Shown piece by piece: positions 20,621 through 64,000 of a DNA stretch of 64,000 nucleotides. Numbering within the stretch: position 1 is the first letter of the stretch; every line of letters starts with the position of its first letter. The notes below the pieces were generated by a model that was given only the letters and a program-made list of their open reading frames with translations, was not told the origin of the DNA and ran no database searches. Both the position numbers and the translations under genes were made by a program. Origin of the DNA: the human T2T-CHM13v2.0 reference genome, Homo sapiens; the NCBI RefSeq assembly GCF_009914755.1, contig NC_060940.1. The stretch is one strand, 5' to 3'.

Positions 20621-21499
20621 TTGTCATATCGTTCCACTGTTTAATATATTTCAGTATGTTGGGCATGGTAGCTCACACCTGTAATCCCAGCACTTTGGGA
20701 GGCTGAGGCAGGAGGATGACTTGAGGCCAGGAGTTCAAGACCAGCCTGGGCAACATACCAAGAAAATTTTTTGAGTTAGCTGGGCGTGATGGCACATGCC
20801 CATAGTCCCAGGTACTCAGAAGGCTGAGGCAGCAGAATCTCTTGGGCCCAGAATTTTGAGGCTGCAGGGAGCTAGGATTGCACCACTGCACTCCAGTCAT
20901 GGCAACAGAGCAAGACCCTGTGTCTTAAAACATTACATATATATAGGCTGGGTATGGTGGCTCACGCCTGTAATCCCAGCATTTTGGGAGGCTGAGGCTG
21001 GAGTATCACCTGAGGTCGGGAGTTCAAGACCAGCCTGACCAACATGGTGAAACCCCCTCTCTACTAAAAGTACAAAAATTAGCCAGGCGTGGTGGCGCAT
21101 GCCTGTAATCCCAGCTACTTGAGAGGCTGAGGCAGGAGAATTGATTGAACCCAGGAGGTGGAGGTTGCGGTGAGCCAAGATTGTGCCAAGCCAAGATCAT
21201 GCCATTGCACTCCAGTCTGGGCAACAAAAGCAAAACTCCATCTCAAAAAAAAAAGAAAAAGAAAAAAAGAAAAGAAAAGAAAAATAAATTACATATATAT
21301 ATGTATATGTATATTTCAGCGCTTGCACTTTACTCAGTGAATAAGTGCAATTTACAAAGCCTTCATGATCTGGGCCAGTCCCTCGGCTCTACCCGACTTC
21401 CCCCACTGGGCTTCAGTGCCTCTGAACTACTTAAGCAGTCTGAAACTGGCATCACGCTTGCCTCCATTTTTATCACCAAGGCCATGCTTTCCACCTGGC

Positions 21500-22100
21500 A
21501 TTGGCCACCGGAACAATTAGACTCAGCAGAGATGCAGTCTGCTCTAGGGCCTACTTCTTACCCTGCCTTTCCCGCCCCCTCTGAGAAGAGGTAATTATTC
21601 ACCCTTAATTAAGGCCAGCCATGACCTTAGATGGGAAAGAACATGGAACATTTGATGTCATTGAATTACTCAGTGAGAAAGTCATTCTTCCTTTGGTTGC
21701 TTTGCAGCACTTCTGATTAAAAAGGAAAAAGTTTCATTTTGTGCTAGTGTGCCTTTAACACCTCTCTGAGCCTTGCCAACCTCCCTTTGAACAGAGTGAG
21801 CCTGAGTCTCTGAAAGTTCAACAGGAAAAGGGTATTAGCTGGAATGCGACGACACAATTAGTCTCGTTGTTTTTATTTTTATGGGTTTTTTTTTTCATGG
21901 CAAGTGATGCTAATTTCACATTTTCCACAGTGCGATCCAGATTTCTTCAAACCACATTTATTTGACCAATGAAAGGGGGATCAATTTAAAGAGAAATAAA
22001 GCCTTAAATAAATAACAATGTGAGTGGTACTCAGGACTAAAATAGAGAGGGGAAACTTGAGGGATGAGTTTGGGAAAATCCTGAAATAGATCATCTGTAC
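21500..22100. promoter_or_regulatory. Unique, TAAT-rich candidate enhancer/conserved element
   Basis: Repeat-free island with clustered homeodomain-type cores (caattag, taatta, ttaattaa, tgattaa, ctaattt). Confidence 0.3.
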
Positions 22101-22122
22101 AATCTCTTCTAATAAAAATCCT

Positions 22123-23209
<1,087 letters not shown>

Positions 23210-23670
23210 TAGTTTGCCCAAAGCCACTTAGCTGGGAAGTGGCAGAGCTGGGAGTCTAAGGTCAGTCTCACTCCCAGGTTGGTGCCCTTCAGGACTGCAG
23301 AAACAACCCTTCCCGCAAGGGTCTCCCAGATGCAATGCGTTGCACCTTTCTGGAGGCTACGGGGCTGCTGTTTCAGCAATTCATGTATAATTTAAGGGAA
23401 TTTGGAAGCAGTCTGGATATTTAAATGATGTCTTAGTAATGTAAAAATCTGCTTCTCTTCAATCTGTATTCTTTTCAAATTCAGTAGACTATCTGAGAAC
23501 TCTCCTGTCTGTACTCCCTCTCCAAATACCTGCTTGGCCCCACCTGTGCCCTGCCCAGCCTCCGATCTCTCTCATTTCACTGAAGAAATGAGATTCGGAT
23601 GGAAAAATACTGGTACAAGCTTGACCGAGCTTCTCTAACAGACACTGTGCATCACGCATCAGCTGCTGCT

Positions 23671-23684
23671 GTTGCTATGGTGAC
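23671..23684. promoter_or_regulatory. RFX X-box-like motif GTTGCTATGGTGAC
   Basis: Imperfect 14-bp palindrome close to the GTTGCCATGGCAAC consensus. Confidence 0.45.
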
Positions 23685-24384
23685 AGCCACAATTTCTTCC
23701 AGACAGCTTGGGTCTGAAGGGAGGGTGGACCCTTGGGGAACAAGTGGATCTCTCCAACCTGTCAGTCCCTCTCACCTTGCCCGTTTCTCTCACCTCCCCC
23801 ACTCCCGCCAGCCCCCACACTTCCTTACATGATGCTGACAGGGGGTACCAGCACCCCCAGGCCATCGTAATTAGCATCTGGCCGTGATCCCAGTCTCCTG
23901 GCAGCACATTCCTCATCTTCCTCGCCAGCCAATCTCCTTTCCCCAGCAACCCTCCGACAGCACTGCAGCAGCTGCCTCACCGACAGCCTCCGCGCCAAGG
24001 TCACCCACCACCAGCACCAGCAATGACGAAGCACCCGCCTGCTCCCTGGGTGGACATGACACCGTTAATGCCTCACTGTGTCTAAACCATTTGGGGTCAG
24101 AAAATTGTGATTCTAAAAAAAAGAGAGGTTGTCCTTAGGAAGATGGGTGAGGCTAAACTCCAGTTGCTGGAGGGGCTAAGAGATTCATACGGCTTAAGTT
24201 TCATCGCTTAAGGTCTCCAGGAGAGAGGGAACTGAGCAGGAGGGGCATAAGACATTCCAGAAGGGTGAGGAAAGAATGAGACAAGTTTGCGCATTGACGC
24301 GGCTTGGACTCTGGGGTGCTGAAGATGCTGGTGGTGATGAGGTGGAGGATGCTGGTTGGAATGATGGTGATGGCAATGGCTCAT

Positions 24385-28666
<4,282 letters not shown>

Positions 28667-29059
28667 CTATTCAGTATCTAAATGGGGACTCATTTTTGAT
28701 ATGGGAGTACCCACATAGGGTCTAGGAATTCATACCACCTCTTCCTTTGCATTCCTGGAGACCTTTGCTGCTCTGTCTGCTGGAGGTTACACAAGTTCAT
28801 CATCACAGAGTCCAGGATGTCCCACCCTTGGTTTTTCTTCCTACTCTTTTCCCACTTGTCCCAAGCAATCCTGCTTATCTTGCCTATTGGAACTATTCCC
28901 CACCAATGCATTAGGGCTAAATGGAAAAGGAAGGGCTGGCAGCCTCCCAGAGACTGAAATAACCTCAAGAATGGACATTTAATTCTGATAATGCCTCAGA
29001 ATTCATATATGTGCCAATAAGATAAAAAGAATCAAAAATGATTTACACCCACTTATCTC

Positions 29060-30715
<1,656 letters not shown>

Positions 30716-30804
30716 TCGTCTATCACCTCTTCCCTTGAACTGTTTGTTTCCTCTGTTCCCTCCTTTCATATCCATTGCCCGCGTGGTTGCTGGATGATCT
30801 TTGT

Positions 30805-31765
<961 letters not shown>

Positions 31766-31875
31766 ACCCAGGCTCCATTTCAAACTGTGAACTCTAAACC
31801 CTCTAATGACCCGAATTAACTTGTATATACACACTAGTGGTTCAGAGAGAGACTAAGTCAATCTAAAAGTACTAA

Positions 31876-34432
<2,557 letters not shown>

Positions 34433-35039
34433 TAACCTGTTTTTTTTCTATTAGTAATATATTGTGGACATATTTTCATAATCATTCATAGTGAGCTACT
34501 AATTTTTTCTGCCTAGTTGCATGTCATTCCATTGTATACATGTGTTGTAATTAGTCCAACTGTTAAAATATAAGCTCCATGAAAACAGGGCTTTTTCAGA
34601 TTTATTTGCTGCTCTATCCTTAGGGGCTAGAGCAGTGCTTGATGCTTAATAGGCACCCAACAAATGGGAATTAATTAATTAGTCAACTACTGATAGACAA
34701 CTGGTTTGATTGTACCCCAGTACATTACTATTTTCACACTACCATAATTATTTCCTTGAGATAAATTCCTAAAGATGAAACTGCTGAGTCAAAAGGGATG
34801 CATATTTTAAAATGTTGCAACGTGTTGCCAAACTCCTCTGTATTTAGCTTGTACTATATTATATTCCCGCCCATCTGTCGATGAAAGCACCTCTGTTCCC
34901 CACGGCCTCGCCAGTATAAGTATCATTCATCTCTGATGTAAGTTGTGATAGGATAGTCAACTGTCTGTAAATGTTGTACGGGGGAATTGGAGAGTGGCTA
35001 TTTTGTGAAACTGGGCAGAATGCACACAGTCTACCAGAT

Positions 35040-35790
35040 CTACTTGAGTAATTAATGTAAACAAAGAATGCATCAGTCAAGGGAAGGAAAGAGAAGACAT
35101 GTTCAAATTAGGTCATGAAAGGAGGACTTGTTTGATTTTTTTTTTTTTAAAGGCAGGGTCTTGCTCTGTTGCTCAGGCTGGAGTGCAGTGGTGTGATCTC
35201 AGCTCACCGCAGCCTCAACCTCTCAAGGTCAAGCGATACTCTCACCTCGCCTCCCAAGTAGCTGGGACTACAGGCGTGCACCACCACGCCCAGCTTTTTT
35301 TTTTTTTTTTTCAGTAGAGATGGGGTTTTGCCATATGGTCCAGGCTGGTCTCAAACTCCTGGACTCAAGCGGTCTGCCTGCCTCGGCCTCCCTAAGTGCT
35401 GGGATGACAGGCATGAGCTACCACACGCAGCTGAAGGAAGATTGAATAGAGGAACTCTACAAACGGAGGGCAGAAAACCGCAAGGATCCACAGGACTAAT
35501 TAGGCTGGCTTCTGTTACCACCCCTATGCCTGAAAGGCCAAGGGGAAGAATGACCACTGTACCCTAGAGACTGAGAAGCCTATAGAGAGAGGGCCACCGA
35601 GGTGGGAAATGTGACTTTAAGGCAGCCAGCACGCAGAATGACCGCAGAGAAGCAGCCAGAGAATAAATGCCCCAAGCCCCGTCTCCTCCCTTCCTCAATC
35701 ATCTTCTGGGGCTCCCTATTGGTCAAAACCAATGGGAAGCCAGAAGACAAGGGAGCCCATCGAACAGTGTATACACTTAGCCTCCCAAGA
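35040..35790. mobile_element. MLT1I/J-like LTR interrupted by an antisense Alu (35135-35431)
   Basis: ctccctattggtcaaaaccaatgggaagccagaagacaagggagcccat. Confidence 0.65.
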
Positions 35791-35799
35791 CACAAGGCG

Positions 35800-36730
<931 letters not shown>

Positions 36731-36869
36731 TAAAGGTATTATAGGCATCGACACTAACTCACAGTGAACTGTTGCTTCCCAGTCTCTCTTCCCCTTCAAA
36801 GGTACTGATGTGTGAGCTCTCCCTAATTAGACTCTGCACCCTAAAGCCAGGAGTGTCTTGTCCAAGCCT

Positions 36870-37790
36870 CAGTGAGCTTCTTAACAGAGTAGTAGTAAAT
36901 AGTTTAGTCTTTGTGAATCAAACATCTTTGTCACCACTATTCAACTCTGCCATTGTAGTGCAAAAGCACCCATGACAATCCTTAATGAATGGGTGTGACT
37001 GTATGTCAATAAAACTTTATTTATATGGCTGGGCACAATGGCTTATGCCTGTAATCCATTTGGGAGACTGAGGTGGGAGGATTGCTTGAGCCCAGGAGTT
37101 TGAGACCAGCCTGGGCAACACAATGAGACCTCAACTCTACAAAAAAATAAAATAAACAAGATTAGCTAGGTGTGGTGGTGGCACGTGGGGTCCCAGCTAC
37201 TTGGGGGGCTGAGGTGGGAGGATCACTTGGCCCCCAGGAGGTAGACGCTGCAGTGAGCTGAGATCGAGCCACCGCATTCCAGCCTGGGCAACAGAGCGAG
37301 GCCCTGTCTTAAAACAAAAACATAACACAATTTTATTTATAGATGCTGAAATTTGAATTTTACCTAATTTTTACATGTCACAAAATAGTATTCTTCTTTG
37401 GATTCTTTTTCAGTGTTTTAAAATGTAGGGCTGGGCACAGCAGCTCACACCTGTAATCCCAGTGCTTTGGGAAACCAAGATGGGAGGATCACTTGAGGCC
37501 AGGAGTGCAAGACCAACCTGGGCAATAGAGTGAGACCCCATCTCTACAAAAAATTTAAAAATCGGCTGAGTGAAGTGACAGTTGTCTTTAGTCCCACTTA
37601 CTCAGGAGGCTGAGGTGGGAGGATAACCAGAGCCCAAGAGTTCGAGGTTACCGTGAGCTGTGATCACATTACTGCACTCCAGCCTGGGCAACAGAGCGAG
37701 ACTGTGTCTCTAATAAAAATAAAAACTAAAACCATTTTTAGTTCAAGGCCCACACAAAAGCAGCCGGTGTCAGGCAGGACAGACCCTCTA
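36870..37790 (+). mobile_element. MER58B-like hAT element split by two AluJ (37027-37320, 37429-37725)
   Basis: ctattcaactctgccattgtagtgcaaaagca, aatgaatgggtgtgactgt...aataaaactttatttat, ctgaaatttgaatttta. Confidence 0.82.
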
Positions 37791-37899
37791 ACAATGCACA
37801 TGAAACTTCACTTTCTTCTAAACTCACTCTGAGTCAGGCCTGGGAAGCCCTTTTAGAGATAAAAGCTACCCTGGTCCCTACGGAATCCAGCTTCTGACA

Positions 37900-38780
<881 letters not shown>

Positions 38781-39054
38781 TTGTCTATCCAGTTCCCAGT
38801 TCTGAAGGAGACAGAGGTCTTAGGTCTGGGCACAAAATGGATTCATCCTTCAGCCCTGGGTTGGCATGACCCCTAGAACTCTTTGTGGGCTAGCATTGCC
38901 ATTCAGCCCTTAGTGCTGAGGATGTTGAGGGGCCTTGGAGGAGAGCCCACTGGACATTTCTAGTGAAAACCAGGACCTCTTGGACCTGGCTTCGTGGGGG
39001 TTAAGTCCAACCAGAACGTGTTTATTTTCCCCTGTGTCTGGAAGGGCCTCTCCG

Positions 39055-39068
39055 GTCTCCATGGCAAC
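39055..39068. promoter_or_regulatory. RFX X-box GTCTCCATGGCAAC
   Basis: Perfect GGCAAC half-site with AT spacer, in a unique, relatively CpG-retaining island (about 38850-39300). Confidence 0.5.
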
Positions 39069-39469
39069 GCGATTTCCTGTCCTGGTTTTCTCTTGGATGA
39101 GATACCTGCTGAATGCAGAGGCGTCTGGGCAAAAGCCTGGGGTGGAGACGGGCTCTGGGGCAGTTCACTTTAACCACTTCCCTCACGCGAGCCGAGAGGC
39201 CAGCCTGGCCAGGACCCATGTCACCAGAGCCTTTGTTCACCAAGTCCAGACATCCAATTTAGGATGACATCATGGAATCCAGCCTGGAATCCTTGTTATG
39301 CCCCATTTTCTTTCTTTCTTCCTTTCCAAGGGTTTTGTTTCTTCTTGAGGCTGCAGAAACAGAGGCTCACACACATCCCCAATTTGCTAAGAATATTTCT
39401 AAACCCTTCTCATCACAGGCCATCCCCTGCGTCTGGGCACTTCATAAATAATTATTTACTCATTCTTTC

Positions 39470-40270
39470 TTTCATTTGTCAGTCATTTGATTCATTCAAC
39501 AAACATTTGCATAGTAGATTAAGCGCCAAAATGATGTTGGAGCTGAAGAAGCAGAGAATAGATCTGGTCTTTTCTCTCAAAGAGCCTCTACTTGGTAAAT
39601 GGAGACAGGCATGTAAATAAGCACTACACAATAGGATCGGTGCCGCGACAGAGGCCTCTGCAGGGGTGGTATGGCGTCACCGTGGGAAGCCCGAGCTCTG
39701 CTTTCTGCCTGCGTTTGGATTCCCCTCCTAAACCCCCTGGCCTTAGATAAATCTCACCCTGAGCCTCAGTATTCTCATCTGTAAAATGGGAATAACGATG
39801 GCACCTACTTGGATGGTTCGGAGTCTGCATTTGGAGTGGGACAGACATTCAGATTTCAGCTCTACCACTTACTAGCTCTGTGTCCTTGGGCAAGTTACTT
39901 ATCCTGTCTGTTAAATGGGGACTGTCCTAGTGCCCACTTCACAGAGCTTTTTGAGGTTTAAATAAGTGAATGCATGCACTTAGAACAATGCTTTTAGTCT
40001 TGCCTGTCTTAAATACCGCTAACTCACGGAACCCTGTGAGTCCATAGGAGGGAGATACTAGGTCTCCCTAGGGAATTAGGGGATGGGCCCTACCAGAGGA
40101 GGCAGCATCTAGATAATTAGCTACTTATATAATATCCATTCAATGTCTACATCTCCCCTACTTGAGTGATGTTAGAGATCATGTGTGCCTCCTTTCTCCA
40201 TCTTATCTCCACCTCCTACTAAAGCCCAAGGAGGTGGAACTCAGTGGATGTGTGGATGATGAATGACTAA
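39470..40270. mobile_element. L2 and tandem MIR fragments
   Basis: ttcattcaacaaacattt; gagcctcagtattctcatctgtaaaatggg; ccttgggcaagttactt. Confidence 0.75.
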
Positions 40271-40398
40271 AGGATGAATTCTAGCCTCTTTATCATGGCA
40301 CGTAAGGTCTTTTACAATTTGGGTAAGATCCTCTTAGTCTAATTTCTGGAAATTCTTCTTGGCCCTATCACCTTGGGCTCTAATGGCAACAAACCTTA

Positions 40399-41171
<773 letters not shown>

Positions 41172-41269
41172 TGGACATGCTTCTTTTCTTAGCTAGTAGG
41201 TGAAACCCTACTCATTCTTGTATTCATACACTCACATTGTTTCAAAGTAACAAGTGTGATAATTGAAGG

Positions 41270-41850
41270 GATGGTGTACAGGCTTCTACAAGCTACACTG
41301 TGAATGAGATGGTGTCCTCTCACCACGGCCCTTTCCACCTCCTCTCCACCCTTCTGGAGCCACTTGAGGCATTGACCCTCACCTCCAGGGAAGCAGGAAA
41401 AGTGTGGAGTCTGATAGATAAAAACCAATTCTATTTCATCCTCTGTGTCAGTGATTGATTCAGAAATCCAGGCCTAAGTCAATCAGGACATGGCATTTGC
41501 CTAGAGATAAAGAATGATTTTAAGACTGGGCAATGACCCAACTAAGTCCAGTGAGGTCCAGAGGGAAGTCAGACAAGGGGCTCATGATCCTTAAGAGCGA
41601 GCCTCAGGATGCACACATCTCTCCCCTTCTGGAGATTCCTGAGTGTAGAAGCTAGGCCAGCACTGTAGCTGCTTTCTCTCTATGAGCCTAGGAATGAAAC
41701 CTATATAGGAATGAACCAAGGGAAATGCACCCAGAGTCACTGGGTCAAATCAGACTTGAACTCTATTCAGAATCAGGACTTTATGGATACAATGAATTTC
41801 CACATTGGTTAAACCAGTTAGAGGTATGTTTTGGTTTAAAACAAATTGCC
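41270..41850. mobile_element. Old MLT1 (K/L-like) LTR
   Basis: cagtgattgattcaga...aagtcaatcagga, gggcaatgacccaa, tggttaaaccagttagagg. Confidence 0.55.
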
Positions 41851-41852
41851 AT

Positions 41853-47855
<6,003 letters not shown>

Positions 47856-48229
47856 ACAAATTTGGAATCACTGTGAGCCATCTCTGGACCACTGCCCTCT
47901 GATGGCTGAGCTGAAACTTTCTCCAGACCTGTTGGGCTGTTGGGGCCCTGCAGCTTTAATTTGATTCAGAAAACCCACATCGGATAATGTGACATTGCTT
48001 GCTGGCACGGGAGTGTACTGGGCCCTGTGCTAAGTTCTTCACGAGCACCATCTCATTTAACCCCATAATAAAGGCATTTCTGTTTTCCTCCTCTTCTAGC
48101 TGAAGAAAACGAAACTCTGGGGAGTGAGGTCAGGCAGCGAGCCAGTGGTGGGAAGGAAACTGTACTCCAAGGGTATCTGATACTGATTGAAGGCTGTGCA
48201 TAAAATAATCCCAAGTTATGATGTCTACC

Positions 48230-48960
<731 letters not shown>

Positions 48961-48987
48961 GCGCTTTTTATGTGGTTGAAAGTATGA

Positions 48988-49740
<753 letters not shown>

Positions 49741-49897
49741 TTCATATTAGAAGGGCACACTCAGAACTAGCTCTTCCCTTTAGCCATTCCCCTTCTTTTT
49801 GCCTTGGTCATGGATGTGATGACCGGAGCTGAAGCAGTCATTTTGTGGCCAAGAATATCACAGAGACACGAGAACTGATAGCATTAAAATGCTTACA

Positions 49898-50158
49898 CCA
49901 GCTAGATAGGAAAGATGAGTTCTGTTGTTCCGCAGCACTAGTTAGTGAGTGACTATGGTTCACCGTAGCTTATTGCATATTTTCAGAAAGCTAGGAGGAT
50001 TTTGAATGTTCACAACACTGAGGCCTGAAAGTTTGAGGTGATGAATATGCTAATTACGCTAATTTGATCATTGCACATTGTATACACATATTGAAATATC
50101 ACTGTCTTCTATAAATATGTACAATTATTACATGTCAACTAAAAATAAAAGGAAAAAC
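49898..50158 (+). mobile_element. L1MA 3' end inserted in an MLT1 fragment (about 49745-50320)
   Basis: cagctagatagga...gaggattttgaatgttcacaacac...tttgaggtgatgaatatgctaattac...ataaatatgtacaattatta. Confidence 0.85.
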
Positions 50159-50257
50159 TGCTGAAGCAATGACAGAAACTACCTACGTCTGGGTATCTTT
50201 TGATATCTTTCTGTCTAATCCTCTTCTGAATCGTTGTGTCTCTTGTGTCTCTCTTCA

Positions 50258-51200
<943 letters not shown>

Positions 51201-51414
51201 GTGGTTTGGGTATTATAAGAGTGTGGTTGAATGCAATCCAAGCAATATACATAGGCTGCCTGAACCCCCCAAGATTGGATTAAATGCCATTTGAGGCACC
51301 AGCAGTAGTGGGAAATGATCATAGGCAGTTGGAGTGAGAGACAAGGAACACGGCACAGTAGCCAGGAAGACCGGTGTGTGGTGCGCTTGGAGATATATTA
51401 AACACCCGTACATT

Positions 51415-55398
<3,984 letters not shown>

Positions 55399-55479
55399 TC
55401 TATCAAATCTTCAAACCTTATCATAGTATACCACTGCTATTTAAGCTATTGCAGATTAGATTGGACCATATGAAATTGT

Positions 55480-58587
<3,108 letters not shown>

Positions 58588-58599
58588 TTAAATGAGAAT

Positions 58600-60281
58600 A
58601 ACTACATGACCTTTCTTAGAGACTACAAGAATATTTAACAAAATTCAATATCCAGTATTGATATGATAAAAACATATTTAAGTTTAAAAATAGCATCTTG
58701 TTTAATGTTGCACACTAGAAGCATTTTCCATTAAAGTCAGGAACAGGGTAAGAGAAATAATATTTCCACTTATTTAATATTATTCTAGGTATATAAAGAT
58801 AAAAAATACAAATTTTAAGAATTACAAAGTGGAGACAACATAATGACTATTTGCAGGTAATATGATTGCATATCTAGCCAATCCAAGAGTACTCCTGGAA
58901 AGTCTCTCATAAACAATGAGTTAAGTCAGTAATGTAGTTGGTTACACAATCAACAGCACTTCTATGTTTCAGGGAAAAAGCTAGGAAACAAAATGGAAGA
59001 AAACCTTGTACTTAAAATAGCACCAACGCTCACACTTACAACATCAGCAACAACAAAAATGTAGGAAAATGAAAGAAGAAATAAATGAAAATACACACTT
59101 TGTTCATCAATTAGAAGATTTCATGATGTAAAGATGCACATTCTCCCTAAATTAAACTTAACCTTTAATTTTATATCAATAAAAATACATTATGAGGTTT
59201 TTTTGGAAGTAGCCTCATTGAGTCTAAAGTTCAAATGGAAAAATAAACAAGTGAGGCTAGCCAGGAAAATTTTGAAAAAGGAAAGTAATAAAAAAGAATT
59301 AACCCTCCTAGGTATTGAAGCACATTATAAAGCTACATTTATATTTTTAAAAGTTTAGTACTTGGCCGGGCGCAGTGGCTCACGCCTATAATCCCAGCAC
59401 TTTGGGAGGCCGAGGTGGGTGGATCACGAGGTCAGGAGATCGAGACTATCCTGTCTAACACGGTGAAACCCCATCTCCACTAAAAATACAAAAAATAAAA
59501 TTAGCCGGGCGTAGTGGCGGGCGCCTGAAGCAGGAGAATGGCGTGAACCCAGGAGACGGAGCTTGCAGTGAGCCCAGATCGCGCTACTGCACTCCAGCCT
59601 GGGTGACAGAGCGAGACTCTGTCTCAAAAAAAAAAAAAAAAAAAAAGTTTCGTACTTGTGCATGAAAAGAAAAGCAGATTAATGAAGCAGATTAGAATCT
59701 AGAAATAGACCCAAATACATTTGAGAAGCTACTAAATGGTAAAACCATATTTGAAATCAGAGAGAAAAAAATAAAATTAGGCAGTGCAGTAATTGCTGTT
59801 AGAGTAATTGGCTAGCCATTTGAAAAACTTAAGTTAAAGCTGGATGCCTGTCTGATTCCTTACGCCAAATAAATTCCAGACAGATAAACGATGTATTTAT
59901 TTATTTATCTATTTTTATTTATGTATTTATTTATTTATTTATTTATTTTGAGACAGGGTTACTCTGTCACCCAGGCTGGAGTGCAGTAGCACGATCTCAA
60001 CTCATTGCGGTCTCTGTCTCCAGGGTGCAAGAGATCCTCCTTCCTCACCCTCCTGAGTAGCTAGGGCCACAGGTGCATGCCACCACACTTGGCTAATTTT
60101 TGTATTTTTAGTAGAGACAGGGTTTCAACATATTGGCCAGGCTGGTCTCAAACTCCTGACCTCAAGTGATCCACCTGCTTTGGCCTACCAAAGTGCTAGG
60201 ATTACAGGCATGTGCCACCGCATCCAGCCAGATAAACAATTTAAATGTAAATAAATAAAACAGGATGAAAGGGGAACATGG

Positions 60282-60315
<34 letters not shown>

Positions 60316-61075
60316 CTTAAATAAGAGAAAATCTTTCTAAGCCAGACACAAAACTCAGATGCTAAAAAGAAAAAATTAGCTACATAAAATTCAAAATAGC
60401 TGCACAGTATAAAAATACCATAGGCTAAATTAAAAGGTAGGTAACAAGCTAGGAGAAATGTTTCTACAATTCATGCAACAGACGAAGAATAAATGTCCTT
60501 AATAAACAAAGAGCTCTTATAATTAAAAAGAAAAAATATGAATAGTTTTTAAATTGGGCAAAGAATGATGTAGCTCACAAAAAAAGAAATATAAATTGCT
60601 CATAAATACATAAAAACACACAAAAAATTTCTCAACCTTACTAGTGACTAAAGACATACAAATTAAAGTGAGATGAGTTGGCAAAGATAGTGTTAAATAA
60701 TGGCCACAATGGGCCAGTGCGGTGGCTCACGCCTGTAATCCCAGCACTCTGGGAGGCCAAGGTGGGTAGACGTCTTGAGGCCAGGAGTTCAAGACCAGCC
60801 TGGCCAACATGTCAAAACCCTGTCTCTACAAAAAATACAAACATTAGCCCGGTGTGATGACACGTGCCTGTAATCTCAACTGCTCAGAAGGCTGAGGTGG
60901 GAGGACTGCTTGAGTCTGGGAGGTGGAGATTGTAGTGAGCTGAGATCGTGCCACTGCACTGCAGCCTGGGTGACAGAGTGAGACTCTGTCAAAAAAAAAA
61001 AAACACACACACACACAATGAGTGAGAGCAGAACAAGCAGGTGCTTTCATAAATTGCTGGTGAGGATGAAAACTG
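58600..61075 (+). mobile_element. Decayed L1 ORF2 (RT to C-terminus) with nested Alus (59364+ AluY, 59895-, 60712+)
   Basis: ORF 59134-59358 MHILPKLNLTFNFISIKI...LKFKWKNKQVRLARKILKK...HYKAT aligns by eye with L1 ORF2 MAILPKVIYRFNAIPIKL...LKFIWNQKRARIAKSIL...YYKAT. Confidence 0.9.
60285..60314. repeat. (CA)n microsatellite
   Basis: Direct reading. Confidence 0.95.
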
Positions 61076-61114
61076 ACATGCTCTTCGTTTTTGTTTGGTT
61101 GGTTTTTGGGGGTT

Positions 61115-62372
<1,258 letters not shown>

Positions 62373-62476
62373 CACTCTCCTTGAAAGGCAAATTAACATT
62401 TTTGATCACATTTTAAAATGTTCATTGAGTTTCAGGTCAAGGCTAAGTGAGGAAAAATAAATAAAATGTTTATATT

Positions 62477-64000
<1,524 letters not shown>

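Noticed and set aside
23570-23615. Possible plus-strand micro-exon (aag|AAATGAG...CTG|gtac)
   Set aside because: Resembles a degenerate MIR core and the splice sites are weak.
23884-24138. Plus-strand Ser/Thr/Pro-rich ORF with an acceptor-like ctcctttccccag at about 23947
   Set aside because: GTG start, no recognisable homology in any frame and no strong matching donor. Better explained as the antisense of the candidate first exon, but a non-coding plus-strand exon cannot be excluded.
59134-59358. 74-aa ORF resembling a real protein
   Set aside because: Fragment of a dead L1 ORF2; the surrounding frame is broken.
59364-59646. AluY with a roughly 25-bp internal deletion
   Set aside because: Ordinary microhomology (ctg) deletion in a single copy; no functional implication.

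Overview
Primate (almost certainly human) non-coding DNA that is extremely Alu-rich: by eye roughly half of the window, in about 100 full or partial AluJ/S/Y copies, often nested. The Alus sit on a background of old L1, L2, MIR, MaLR/ERVL LTR and MER (hAT) fragments. I see no credible canonical protein-coding exon, CpG island, tRNA/rRNA gene or prokaryotic-type system. Almost every ORF in the track is an Alu, L1 or simple-repeat translation. The one exception is a 202-codon ATG-initiated minus-strand ORF (15693-16301) built from an antisense Alu, a MER21-type solo LTR and unique DNA. From memory, unverified, it matches the putative protein FLJ45256 of the lncRNA LINC01567 (16p12.1, upstream of TNRC6A). 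A matching minus-strand splice acceptor (16906/16907), candidate donors (23776-23829) and two RFX X-box motifs flanking a possible first exon are visible. Other points of interest are a 360-bp palindrome-containing AT insert inside an Alu 3' end, a (GAA)23/(CTTTT)10 pair of Alu tails, a near-perfect 94-bp tandem duplication, two convergent ancient L1 ORF2 remnants and several candidate enhancer islands. Repeat subfamily names are by-eye calls and most boundaries are approximate. I cannot claim a new biological system; the TE-assembled proto-gene is the best lead.
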